Shown piece by piece: positions 9,901-19,141 of a DNA stretch of 62,530 bases. The position numbers were made by a program, and so were the translations under genes. The notes beneath the pieces were generated by a model. The model made no database searches. It saw nothing but the letters and a program-made list of their open reading frames with translations, and was not told where the DNA came from. This DNA is from Methanobacteriota archaeon (GTDB lineage Archaea > Thermoplasmatota > Poseidoniia > Poseidoniales > Poseidoniaceae): positions 1-62,530 of the forward strand of contig JAYPOA010000003.1 of the NCBI GenBank assembly GCA_038130705.1, written 5' to 3'. Each line of letters starts with the position of its first letter. The stretch's first letter is position 1.

Positions 9901-12316
9901 GTATTCCGTCCACGCTTAGTGAAGAAGTGCAATTGCCTACATCGAATTCTACAATGCCGTCACCATCGCTCTCGATTGAGCAAGTATCACCTCTTATCCA
10001 TTTGAAAGCTGGATTAGGCCCATTGGAATTGTTCAGCCCGATTGTGGCTTCAGTTACTCTGTCGACGAGGTCACCATGAGCCATTCTAACCACTAGGTTG
10101 CGATATATACCATCAGGAGCTACAAGGTTTCCTTCAAGGCTGGCGTCGAGGACCCTTGTTTTGAGTCTGTATTCTATGTCAAGGTCGGAAAGTTTTACTC
10201 TTCCGGGGGAATTAGCCTTCACACCAATTGGTATCTCGACCGTACCGACTCCATTATCAGGTATCAAATTGTTAAATGCTTGAACGAGGGTTGGCGGGTC
10301 CGAAACCACAACTCCAACAGGTGAATTATCTGATGCTACTACTGAACTTTCGTTAAGGAATAAAATCGAATCCCATTCCCAGGTATTATCTGCACCGATA
10401 TCGAGTTTAGGACCATCAGGATAGCCTTCTTCGTACCACAAAATCATCTTGTCGATTTTCGGTGTTGAGGTTTCATCGGTAGTTGACATTAGCACTGAGT
10501 AAAGAATTTCATTACCTCCACCCTGAGTAGAGAAGGAAACTTCTTGATTGTTCAAAGCGTCTTCCCAAGTACTTCCATTATCATTCGAAACCTTGACTGT
10601 AACTTCTGATGTTGATGGTTCATCAGATGTCCAAACGGCTCTTACCTTTCCAACATTGGTACCAGTCGAAACCCTTTGACTAGTCCAATCACCTGTTGTC
10701 GAATAAGTAGTTGCATATTCGAGACTCATCCACCATGATACTGCTGAAGAACCAATCAGTTGCATTTTCCACACAAGCTCAGTTCCTGGATGCATGAAAT
10801 GTATTGTTTGGTTTGTTTCTACAGCCTCCCAATGAGTACCATTGTCAGCGCTTACCCAATAATCAACTCTGTCACCCTGAGTTGTAGCAGTCCAATGATT
10901 TTTGACATTGACCGCTACTATATCCTCATCAGAAGTAATAGTTTCACCTATCCAAGTAGTAGTTCCTGGTGCGGGATTGGTCGGATATGTTAGTCCAGTA
11001 CCAAATTCTCTGTAATACAACGTTTTTGAACTCCATGTGGAGTACCCAGTATCAACTGTTAGAATTCTTTCACCGTCGTAGAACATTCCGAGTCCCTTAG
11101 CGGTAATGTCTCGAGTACCAGCTTGTGGCACCAAAGATGTAGAGGTGCCAGAGATAGCCCAAGCGCTCATTTCGTCTGTATCCTGCCAATAGTTGCCTTT
11201 CATGCAACGCATGTAGAATAGATTATTGTGAACTGTAAGTCCATGAACTGAACTGGATGTTTTACCACATTCAACTGCGGAGGACATGAATGAATAGACG
11301 GTAGATCCCCTAGTGTATTGACCATTATTTCCAAAATCGTATGAGATAATGCTCCTCTGTTCGCCATGAACAACCCAAATTTCGCCAGTAACTCTATCAT
11401 AAGAAATACCACTGTAATCACCATAAGTTCCTGCAGGGCTTAAGTCATAGGAATCTAAACACTTCCAAGTCCAGTCATCTGAGACATCAATTTTCAAGAC
11501 TCGCAAATATTGAGTTGGCACAGAGGTTGAATAGAAGTACCGATAGGTAGTAAAAATTCCATACAGAATTTCATCGTCCGTGATAGTCCAATCCTTGAAA
11601 CCATATCCCTTGTAATATGTTGATGTTGGGTCTTGAGGAAGTGCACATGAGCCTTGCTGTAAGTCAACAATAATATCTCTTGATACATTGTTTGGGTGAA
11701 CTCTGTGAACTACTTTATCGAAATTTGTTCCAGAGAATGTTGATAAAAACAACCAATCGTGATTTCGCAAAATTGCACCTTGGCCTTGTGCCATTAAATT
11801 ATTTCCAGAAATTCGCACTTGGTTACTGAACCTTGTTTCAGTTGAGTTTGAAGTGTGGGGTTGCCTGACTGCATAACTTCCATTATCGAGCCAAGCAGTG
11901 GTTCCTGGATTTTCTTGCTCAGATAAACTATGTGAATTCATTTGTGTTTCGAAATCTGAAAAACCAAGTGTTAGTTCGCCACTTCTAGCATCTGCTGAGT
12001 TCGAATCACCATCCATCCATTCTTCATAGGTATCGGTTGTAACCTGAGACCAACCTGTTGAAGATGCACCGGAAAGAGTTACTTCTACGTCTAATATCTC
12101 TGCTCCTTTAGGAATTGCAACCTTTGTTGTTTTATCAGCTCCTCCCTGATAGAGAGCAATATTTTCTACACTTCCGTCCGAAAAGGTGTAAATGTGACGT
12201 GTTGCAGTATTTGCAGAAGCCTCACTGAGAACCATTTCTGAGAATGGACTCATAGGTGTAAGGACCATTATGAATACCATTATACCAAGCGCAAATCGAG
12301 AACTTGCTTTTTTCAT
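6950..12316 (-). CDS. giant (1,788 aa) secreted surface protein with C-terminal TM anchor and Pro/Ala-rich Trp-containing tail
   Basis: Uninterrupted 5.4-kb ORF. N-terminal signal peptide (MKKASSRFALGIMVFIMVLTPMS). Two tandem modules of about 90 aa with Asp-box-like motifs (VSADNGTHWE, VSNDNGSTWE). Many N-x-S/T sequons. C-terminal helix LSVIMYLIALCAMSYAVWTMV, then RRIRRG and a 90-aa tail. Confidence 0.85.
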   Translation of the reverse strand: MKKASSRFALGIMVFIMVLTPMSPFSEMVLSEASANTATRHIYTFSDGSVENIALYQGGADKTTKVAIPKGAEILDVEVTLSGASSTGWSQVTTDTYEEWMDGDSNSADARSGELTLGFSDFETQMNSHSLSEQENPGTTAWLDNGSYAVRQPHTSNSTETRFSNQVRISGNNLMAQGQGAILRNHDWLFLSTFSGTNFDKVVHRVHPNNVSRDIIVDLQQGSCALPQDPTSTYYKGYGFKDWTITDDEILYGIFTTYRYFYSTSVPTQYLRVLKIDVSDDWTWKCLDSYDLSPAGTYGDYSGISYDRVTGEIWVVHGEQRSIISYDFGNNGQYTRGSTVYSFMSSAVECGKTSSSVHGLTVHNNLFYMRCMKGNYWQDTDEMSAWAISGTSTSLVPQAGTRDITAKGLGMFYDGERILTVDTGYSTWSSKTLYYREFGTGLTYPTNPAPGTTTWIGETITSDEDIVAVNVKNHWTATTQGDRVDYWVSADNGTHWEAVETNQTIHFMHPGTELVWKMQLIGSSAVSWWMSLEYATTYSTTGDWTSQRVSTGTNVGKVRAVWTSDEPSTSEVTVKVSNDNGSTWEDALNNQEVSFSTQGGGNEILYSVLMSTTDETSTPKIDKMILWYEEGYPDGPKLDIGADNTWEWDSILFLNESSVVASDNSPVGVVVSDPPTLVQAFNNLIPDNGVGTVEIPIGVKANSPGRVKLSDLDIEYRLKTRVLDASLEGNLVAPDGIYRNLVVRMAHGDLVDRVTEATIGLNNSNGPNPAFKWIRGDTCSIESDGDGIVEFDVGNCTSSLSVDGILSVVIPLRVDWSWDDERKMEAVVSVSDDLGPQIQSWTTDTLSLNVENDIQLNGMRVWEETGRQLYSGDWVRGGYNLTILGGINFENSALFPLAGEFELQVIGQNVTYDGDPIGDPMLLHTESNPGFGQYNLTFMSPTESAPGGMVLYVSAVNMTNGSDYVNPGYNSIKLIFDGNAPLVISATPLKESEMHKGPPSPGGQAVEVIIQDSVDPPQTVELHYWIGCEAGEHEKCDDSNFNGLPEPIEYRTKIMTTPEIRPGGMNVFNSLIDDSMLYHKDKVAFYVSGQDGQGNVIAMGGGPVCDITGFELCGQRPGDVAPDWDASLSWYEIREEFEPDMDIDNSTILGHDDKEPLHPGIAYTATIMVSDINGWWDVNYFQLALAEDYDDDETSIFGHISKDEDGMPNLHLESGGPGLAVSNLYSGILLDPTNESRMILSIRFQLTWDFPEVWDTDGLSTFIPKVWIEDKSCGLDESIPCNIHKAGLGNDLWSLDNDLRFDTQPGHILAVELRDGTNHYNPEFDETLIGAGQALRFSGRVLFSEDEMPAPSGAFTISLGDYEHEWTTTSREGGYFSIDLLVPYVRSGHLDLQAKLTDLPGIAEDQSEYKPRLRLAVDGDRPSINAITLAGLEPGQDISISVANELQVMLETRDDQGFSDDNPAVLHYLVRAGEAEISRGSAPLPDTTPFEDQYFWTGLIDLTDKGATQLLPSYNIDVWVTGSDASGNPFNSENNNIDNPLASWGLTLTGPDISLRSAETFWTWSNPTPNPGESVSLSIETKNNGASGNVTFVLQELVGDQNWKTVDSKEIQISSGSKAQLKLETIAEFSVGETIEYRLLLLDSGVEKERISIAPLLIKEEVQRDGTALANQVANSQLSVIMYLIALCAMSYAVWTMVQIRRIRRGDEVDETDHTEEVIESLDGKEVPSIEGLQGSSPAVAPVVQSAPVAPAPTAPPTPPLPSTGLPEGWTMEQWAAYGHQYMEMQSK

Positions 12317-12405
12317 TTAAGGACCCCTTAAATCGGTGAGGTGTGACATGATTATTGAAGTATGCGGATAATGGTCACTCGAATAATCTTCCAATTAAAG
12401 ACAAA

Positions 12406-15400
12406 TCAAGACTCCCTACTATCATACCTCAGAGGTGATGAATCACCTCTCAGACCGTCTTCTTCATCGTCCTTTACTTCGAACCAGTCCACCAACCAAT
12501 CCCCGTCAGTATCCCAATTAAGCGGATCGCTTCCTTCTGCTATGTGGTCATCATCGAGGTCTAACATATACCAACCAAGTATTTTCTCACCATATTCAAT
12601 GGTAGGTGCTCTGTTAGTGTTACCTTGGTAATAGATGTCCCACAAATCAGTCAGGTCACCTGAGCTAAGTATGATGTCATCGGAAGGAACGATGGTCAAG
12701 AAATCGCTATCTTGATCATCAAGAATTAAAACATAACTTTCGTCGTTTATGTTCTTCTTCACCATACCGAGATAATTAGTTGAGTCTTCATCAATTTCTC
12801 CAAGTCCAAGCAGGTAGGACCGGAATTGCCACCATTCGGTGATCAGGCTGCTATTCCAAGTTTCCCCTGATAACCTAACTGCACTTGGTGAGTCCAAATT
12901 TGGATTGGTTATAGCATAAAATTCCATGAAATTTGTGTACGGAGAATACTCGCACGTGGCACCACTGCAATCCCAATTTCCGTCTTGGTCAGGGTCTTCA
13001 TTCGCATCGAGAGGGTCTCTGGGGTCAAATGTTGCCCAAGTTAGACCCAAATCTGGCCTTGAATAATTTCCATCTTCCAATGAAAGTGGTCTACAAGATG
13101 CTGTTGAAGACGTACACGGCAAGCCATTGCCAATGTCAATCCATTGAACTTCGACATATCTTTGAGATGAGAAATTGTCGTTTGTTTCGTTCCATCCTTT
13201 TTCATATTCATACCAATCAGGTAACATGTCCCCGTCGGTATCGTCGTCCATTGGGTTGGATCCATACTTGAACACCTCTCTACCATCTGACATGTTCCAA
13301 TCCCTATCGTGAGATTGAACAACTCCGTTAACAACTACAGTGTTAAATGTGATAGCATCGGAATCTGAATCGTTTGAATCCGGTCTGGTTCCGTTCAAAT
13401 ATTCCATGATATTTGTGAATGGTAAATCACCTATACCGTTTTGAATAACTACTCCAGATGGGGTAAATTGACGATCTTCCCATGTACCTTGGGTTGCAGG
13501 GATGTCGAAACTCGTACGCCCGTACCAACCATCACTATCTCCATCATAATCCACGTCAAAAGGATTAACGGGATTGGTAGACCAGTGATTCTGAGTAGTC
13601 TGGTCAGGTAAACCATAGACTGCATAACAGAACTCCCACCCATCATCAATTCCATCAAGGTCAGAGTCTGAATTTGTTGGGTCGCTAATTCCGAAAAGTG
13701 TCCTATTGAAATTGTCGGAATCGATTTCATTAATCAAATCCATTCTCAGGATGGACAATGAGTCCTTATTCCTAAAGGTGTTGAAAATCGCTCTTCTCGC
13801 CTCGAGTACGGTGCTACCTTCCTCAACATAAGCGGATATTGCATCATCACCAAATCCTATTAATCCTGAACCTGTTGATAATCTTTGACTGTATTTTCCA
13901 TAGACCCTTGACTCATATTCTCGTTTATTTGTGAATTGTTCATCCAAAGAAATGTTACCATCTCTATCACAATCCACAGAATCTTGGTCGCTGTCCAGCC
14001 ATTGGTCTGTATCGATAAGGGGGTTCATTGACCATCTGTTGTTTTCTAAATCCCAACTTGTGAACCAATATTCAAATCCATCAATCATGCCATCGTCATC
14101 TGTATCTGACAATGTTGGATCGCTTATCCCCATTATTGTGGAAATGAAATTGTTAGGAATTCCAGTTGATTGCCATTCAGAAAAGTCTGCAAGGTGTCTC
14201 TTGCCTCTTTGCCCTTTTTCGAGGATCATTGTGTAAACTCTTTGTGCTTTTTGGGATGGATCATTCAAGTCTCCATCGATGTGCATCAAAGGTGAATCAA
14301 TTGGATGATTACCACCATTTTCTGGATTGGTAGTGAGCAATGAAAACTCTTGCCCATCGGTTAATCCATCTTCATCAGAATCAAATGAACCATCGCCTGG
14401 AACAAGTGGATTCAAAGTCCAAACCTGGGCTGAATCATTCCACGTTGTGAACATTAGTTCTAATCCATCAAGGAAACCATCTCCATCCGTATCAGGATTG
14501 TTAGGGTCGGCAGTCCAACCTGAAATGTTGACCAAATCTTGAGCTATGAATGACCCAAATGATTCAGAATTGGTTATACCTGGCCATTGCTGAATTGTAT
14601 ATCCAAGACCTGCAGTAGTTACAAACCATTGTGGAGAGGAGCGGTTCTGATTGGTTTCAGAAAGGCCAGGTGCAATACTATTGTATTCCTCCCAATTGCT
14701 CATTCCATCGTCATCTGCGTCTTCCCATCTGTCATCTGAATCGAGTGGATTTAGTGTCCAAATTCCATCAAACATATTCCATCTCGCATACCAAATTTCC
14801 CAACCGTCTGGCATACCATCAGAATCACTATCTGAATTGGTAGGGTCACCAGTTAGAATGCCATCAGAAAATGTGTCTTCCGGCATCCCATTGTCAGAAA
14901 TATTTTGGAATAAGTCCGTACTGAAGCCATCGGGAATTTCCTCTCCTTCAAGTGTCATATTCTGTGAAAACAAGTTATCCTTGATATTATACTCTAACCA
15001 ATTTACAAACGCTTCATTTTCCTCTATTACACCATTATGATTTATGTCAAATCCGTCTCCATCTGGATTTTCGAAAGCGTCGCTACCGTTCAACGGATTG
15101 ATTCCCACACGGCTCACATCCCAAGTGCATGCGCCTCTGGCCTCCCATCCATCAGGGAGTGAGTCTCCATCAGAATCCTTGTTATTTGGATCTGGGTCAG
15201 CCCATAATGCAACAGCAGATTCTGTCTCTAAGTGGCTTTCCAATAAATCTCCAATCAAACCAGATTGTTTAATCAAGCTCCACTGATACTCGCACAGATT
15301 GGATAATCCGTCACCGTCAGCATCCCAGTTTGCATCCGCAGGGTCATTTGGATCCATTGTCCAGTTGTTTGACCCGGTAAATGTGCTCCCAATCCATCTT

Positions 15401-18111
15401 CTGTGTTCTAATTCCCAGCCATCAGGCATTCCATCTCCATCGGAATCCCGGTTTGTAGCATCGGTCCCAGAATCAATACCTAATGAAGAAAGATAGGTAG
15501 TGTTTACAGATTCTGCAATAGTTTCGTCACAGATGTGTATGTAATCATATTGATTTGTGTAATGACACCAGAGCGGGGTCGTTTCGTGGAAAATTCCGAA
15601 GTATTCTGAACCGTCGCTTACTCCATCGCCATCGGTGTCGACGTTTCTTGGATCGGTCGCATTGTAACCTGCATTAGTTCTTGCAGTATATCTGAACTCA
15701 TCGAGGTTCCTCCATAATCTTTCGTTGATTGGATCGCTATCTAGATTTACGCCATCACCATCTGCATCAAGAAGAGCATCCCAAGGATCTGTTGGGTCAA
15801 GCCCGTATCTTACTTCCCAACCGTCTAACATACCGTCGGAATCAGAATCGTTTGCCATTGGATGCATCAGTTCTAGGTTTGAGTATTTTCCTGGGCCTAT
15901 TCCTGTAAAAATTGTTTCAATTCCTTCGACATTTTGAACACCTATTGCGGAAATCATTCCGGGCACCCATTCTTGATTTGTCATCCCATAAACGGCGTTA
16001 TATCCTCCGTTTAATGTCCATAATCCCCATGCAGAACCAATCAATAATTCAGAATCAGTTGGTAATATCGAAATTATATCATTAGTTCCACGAACTGTAA
16101 AACCGTTTACACCTGGATGTTCTAAGTCGCCACTATGTGTTATGGCACCGGATAGGATGTCGAGTTTATGGAGACCTGAGGGGGTTCCTATCCAAACAAC
16201 TTGTCCTGGAGAGTCAGTCGGTCCGTCAACAACTAAGGCGTTTACCTGCGCAGGATTTCCTCCACCAAATGCACCTACAGCTCTCAATGATTCGATATTA
16301 GAGGCTATAGTTGTGGGTTCTGGAGAGAAGTAAAACTTCCAGTTAGGCACTGCTGCATCTCTAGCACTTGAAGTTTCAACTGTCATTAGACCTACATCAG
16401 TTCCAACATAAAGCATGAGCGAGCCATCGCTTACTTCCGAATGGGATATTTGTGTTGCAGTAGCGTTACCGCTGTTCATTGCATTTGCGATTCCCTGGCC
16501 TATATCGTATTTGATTACTGAAACTGTGTTTACTTGGAAAACTGAACCAAATCCTCCTTGTCCAAGAGATAATATATACTCATCAGAACCATCCGAAACT
16601 AGCTGTGTACCAGCAGTGTATCTGCCAGAGTAATAATCCCAAGAAGTGATTTCTGAAATGTTACCATCAGACAAAGGAGCGAACCAAACTCCTTTCTCTG
16701 TAACCAAAACAAGATGGTCGGAAAGTAAAATCATGTCATGCAAGTCGTGCCCTTGAGGAAGTTCGTGGTGCAAGGCGAGGTTTTCCTCAAAATTTAGTAT
16801 TGAAATACCCAATTTGGTTCCTACCCACAACTCATCACCCACAGACATAATTTCCCTGACATCATGATTGTAAATCGAAATTTCATTGGAATTTATCTCT
16901 TGATACAGCATGTATTCTTTGTAACTGTCCGCAGTCGAGTCAAGCCCCACAGATCTCATGCCAGCTTTCACAGTATTGCCATCATCCAAATGGGTGAGAT
17001 ATTCTTCCAAAGTCGATAACTGTTCACCGACAGCTAATGCTTCCTCAGAACGAGCCGCGTCTTCACTAATTATCCCATCTCTGTTTGCATCCCAACCATC
17101 ATTGTCGAGATCTATCAATGCGTTTGAGCGATTTAATGGGTCAAGTCCAAAATGTATTTCCCAGCCGTCTTTTATATCGTCGCCACTTGATGGGAATAAC
17201 CTTCGATTTTTCACCCCATCCCAATTGTACCTGTCACTATCTTCATCCAAGGGGTTGGTGCCCAACCAGATGTATTCATCGATTACGTTTGAGGTTCCAT
17301 TTCTAGCACAAGCAGAAAGCAAATTTGGGAAATATGTGTAATTGTTATCAGAGGAGATAAATGGCCAATCATAAAGTGCCGCTGAGCCAGGTCCAGGAGA
17401 ATAGCACCTCAATCCATCTAATTCATTTGTCCAGTTTGCTGGTGAATTAAATTGGTATTCCTCTGACGAAGTTAGCATTTCGTTGATGGTCAGGAAACCA
17501 TCACGATTAACATCAAATCCATCGTCATCTAAGTCTAAATCTGCATCGCTTGCATTTAACGGGTCGAAATAGAGACATGTGAACCTCTTTTCATCGGAAT
17601 CAAATCCACCCAGTCTTTCACACATGTGTGCTTCAAATCCGTCTGGCATTCCGTCTCCGTCAGTATCGGATTTACGAGGGTCGAGATAGATTCTATCACC
17701 GGATTCATCTATAATCCCTGTTAATCCTCGTTGGAAACTTGGACTTGTACATTCAGCAGGATACGGCCAACAGTATTCTTCAGTAGAATTCATTCCGTCC
17801 AAATCAACGTCAACATAAGCATCAGATGCGTTATCTCTATCTAATCCCTTCATTATTACTGCTCTACCATCAGGCGATGAAAAATTGATATATTCACCGA
17901 ACAGATTTTCGTGGACATCTGGTATTTTATCGCCATCAGAATCTGTGGCAGGTGGCCTTTCTCCCTCAGTAAAGTTTGGGTTTGTCGTACCTACATTTGA
18001 GATTGCAGGTAATTGTGAAACTAAGAACAAACCTGAAACGACCATTATTGTCATCAAAAGTGTTGACTGTGAGCGACGCATACTTACCACCATGGGCGCG
18101 GTCGCACCCAA
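12406..18111 (-). CDS. giant (1,901 aa) secreted Ca-binding protein: thrombospondin type-3-like repeats flanking a propeller-like core
   Basis: N-terminal hydrophobic signal/anchor (STLLMTIMVVSGLFLVSQL). More than 20 DxDxDGxxDxxE repeats (DTDGDGMPDGFE, DSDGDGMPDGWE, DTDGDGFLDGLE, DSDEDGLTDGQE and others). EF-hand-like loops (DVNRDGFLTINE, DINHNGVIEENE, DCDRDGNISLDE). The central region has repeated hydrophobic-Gly-Thr turns (LWVGTKLGISILN, LYVGTDVGLMTV, VWIGTPSGLHKLD, LIGSAWGLWTLN). Confidence 0.9.
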   Translation of the reverse strand: MGATAPMVVSMRRSQSTLLMTIMVVSGLFLVSQLPAISNVGTTNPNFTEGERPPATDSDGDKIPDVHENLFGEYINFSSPDGRAVIMKGLDRDNASDAYVDVDLDGMNSTEEYCWPYPAECTSPSFQRGLTGIIDESGDRIYLDPRKSDTDGDGMPDGFEAHMCERLGGFDSDEKRFTCLYFDPLNASDADLDLDDDGFDVNRDGFLTINEMLTSSEEYQFNSPANWTNELDGLRCYSPGPGSAALYDWPFISSDNNYTYFPNLLSACARNGTSNVIDEYIWLGTNPLDEDSDRYNWDGVKNRRLFPSSGDDIKDGWEIHFGLDPLNRSNALIDLDNDGWDANRDGIISEDAARSEEALAVGEQLSTLEEYLTHLDDGNTVKAGMRSVGLDSTADSYKEYMLYQEINSNEISIYNHDVREIMSVGDELWVGTKLGISILNFEENLALHHELPQGHDLHDMILLSDHLVLVTEKGVWFAPLSDGNISEITSWDYYSGRYTAGTQLVSDGSDEYILSLGQGGFGSVFQVNTVSVIKYDIGQGIANAMNSGNATATQISHSEVSDGSLMLYVGTDVGLMTVETSSARDAAVPNWKFYFSPEPTTIASNIESLRAVGAFGGGNPAQVNALVVDGPTDSPGQVVWIGTPSGLHKLDILSGAITHSGDLEHPGVNGFTVRGTNDIISILPTDSELLIGSAWGLWTLNGGYNAVYGMTNQEWVPGMISAIGVQNVEGIETIFTGIGPGKYSNLELMHPMANDSDSDGMLDGWEVRYGLDPTDPWDALLDADGDGVNLDSDPINERLWRNLDEFRYTARTNAGYNATDPRNVDTDGDGVSDGSEYFGIFHETTPLWCHYTNQYDYIHICDETIAESVNTTYLSSLGIDSGTDATNRDSDGDGMPDGWELEHRRWIGSTFTGSNNWTMDPNDPADANWDADGDGLSNLCEYQWSLIKQSGLIGDLLESHLETESAVALWADPDPNNKDSDGDSLPDGWEARGACTWDVSRVGINPLNGSDAFENPDGDGFDINHNGVIEENEAFVNWLEYNIKDNLFSQNMTLEGEEIPDGFSTDLFQNISDNGMPEDTFSDGILTGDPTNSDSDSDGMPDGWEIWYARWNMFDGIWTLNPLDSDDRWEDADDDGMSNWEEYNSIAPGLSETNQNRSSPQWFVTTAGLGYTIQQWPGITNSESFGSFIAQDLVNISGWTADPNNPDTDGDGFLDGLELMFTTWNDSAQVWTLNPLVPGDGSFDSDEDGLTDGQEFSLLTTNPENGGNHPIDSPLMHIDGDLNDPSQKAQRVYTMILEKGQRGKRHLADFSEWQSTGIPNNFISTIMGISDPTLSDTDDDGMIDGFEYWFTSWDLENNRWSMNPLIDTDQWLDSDQDSVDCDRDGNISLDEQFTNKREYESRVYGKYSQRLSTGSGLIGFGDDAISAYVEEGSTVLEARRAIFNTFRNKDSLSILRMDLINEIDSDNFNRTLFGISDPTNSDSDLDGIDDGWEFCYAVYGLPDQTTQNHWSTNPVNPFDVDYDGDSDGWYGRTSFDIPATQGTWEDRQFTPSGVVIQNGIGDLPFTNIMEYLNGTRPDSNDSDSDAITFNTVVVNGVVQSHDRDWNMSDGREVFKYGSNPMDDDTDGDMLPDWYEYEKGWNETNDNFSSQRYVEVQWIDIGNGLPCTSSTASCRPLSLEDGNYSRPDLGLTWATFDPRDPLDANEDPDQDGNWDCSGATCEYSPYTNFMEFYAITNPNLDSPSAVRLSGETWNSSLITEWWQFRSYLLGLGEIDEDSTNYLGMVKKNINDESYVLILDDQDSDFLTIVPSDDIILSSGDLTDLWDIYYQGNTNRAPTIEYGEKILGWYMLDLDDDHIAEGSDPLNWDTDGDWLVDWFEVKDDEEDGLRGDSSPLRYDSRES
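12409..15852 (-). repeat. C-terminal array of TSP3-like calcium-binding repeats (protein-level repeats, diverged at DNA level)
   Basis: Recurrent D-x-D-x-D-G-x-x-D-x-x-E/W-E motifs from about residue 754 to the end of the 1,901-aa ORF, by my manual residue count. Confidence 0.8.
17062..17946 (-). repeat. N-terminal array of TSP3-like/EF-hand-like calcium-binding repeats
   Basis: DSDGDKIPDVHE, DVDLDGMNSTEE, DTDGDGMPDGFE, DLDDDGFDVNRDGFLTINE and DLDNDGWDANRDGIISED, at about residues 56-350. Confidence 0.75.
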
Positions 18112-18266
18112 TATTCTTTACACGCAAACCAACCTTAATAGAGTGATGGAACAATGTTCAGACAGTAACTCTCCTGACTTGTTGTTTTTTGCTGTGAAAA
18201 ATAGCAATTAACTGAGGAATCATAGGTTAATTCAAAGGCCATACGCGATGGCCTCAGTTAGTTCAC

Positions 18267-19085
18267 ATGTCTCTATCGTTCACTCACTTGGGAACTGGGA
18301 GTAGAGGAAACTCTACACTAGTCGAATGTGGGGACAAAATGGTTCTCATAGACCAAGGGTTTAGTGGTAAACAACTAGAGTCAAGGCTGGCGAGGATGAA
18401 TGTGAAACCCACCGAAATTGATGGGATTTTGATTACACACCATCACTCAGACCATGGCGGTGGAGCAAAAATTGCTCAGAAAAGATGGGATATCCCTGTT
18501 TTTTGCAATGATAGAACTGCTACGGCTTTAAATCTTGATTTGAGTAAAGTTAGTTTATTTGAGAATTTAGATGCGATAGAATTTGGAAATGACCTAGCAA
18601 TACTACCCGTTCCAGTGCCACATAGCGGAGCTGATAATGTTGCATTTATCGCCTCCCATAATGGAGAAAGGGGTGCTGTAATCACTGATTTGGGATCTTG
18701 GACAGAAGAGTTGGTCACTCACGTGGCAGGTTGCCAACACATCTCAGTCGAGGCAAATTATGACCACAATCGCCTCATGAATGGCCCATATCCAATGAAA
18801 CTCAAAGATAGAATTTCGAGCAGAGGCGGACACTTATCTAACGACCAAACAGGTCAGTTTTTATCAAGAGTTGTGGATAGTGAAACCAGATCTGTAGTCC
18901 TAACACACCTTTCAGAGAAAAATAATGCACCTCACTTGGCTGAATCCGTTGTACTGTATCACATACAAGAACAATTTGAGGGGGACATCCAAATATCGTT
19001 ACAGGACGGTCCAGAATTCACCCACCATATTGGACAAAGCGAATCGGAAAAGGTTGCCCAAGAAGGAATTTTTCTTCGAGGATAG
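18267..19085 (+). CDS. metallo-beta-lactamase-fold hydrolase
   Basis: THLGTGSRGNSTLVE...VLIDQG and the HxHxDH motif ILITHHHSDHGGG. The size (272 aa) is typical of YycJ/PhnP-like MBL proteins. Confidence 0.85.
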   Translation: MSLSFTHLGTGSRGNSTLVECGDKMVLIDQGFSGKQLESRLARMNVKPTEIDGILITHHHSDHGGGAKIAQKRWDIPVFCNDRTATALNLDLSKVSLFENLDAIEFGNDLAILPVPVPHSGADNVAFIASHNGERGAVITDLGSWTEELVTHVAGCQHISVEANYDHNRLMNGPYPMKLKDRISSRGGHLSNDQTGQFLSRVVDSETRSVVLTHLSEKNNAPHLAESVVLYHIQEQFEGDIQISLQDGPEFTHHIGQSESEKVAQEGIFLRG

Positions 19086-19141
19086 CCCTATTTTAATGTC
19101 AAATTGGTCAAACCATAAGAGGGGGGAATTATCTCTTCAAC

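Noticed and set aside
12933-17341. About twenty + strand ORFs of 60-130 aa antisense to the TSP3-repeat gene, many with Ser/Pro-rich translations (for example PSPSASQFASAGS).
   Set aside because: They are reverse-frame shadows of the periodic GAY-GGN-GAY (Asp-Gly-Asp) codons. None has a start context, a signal or a recognisable motif. The minus-strand ORF is uninterrupted for 5.7 kb.
18236-18254. 7-bp hairpin AGGCCAT-ACGCG-ATGGCCT just upstream of the MBL hydrolase start.
   Set aside because: It is short, isolated and has no T-tract or partner motif. It could be chance.
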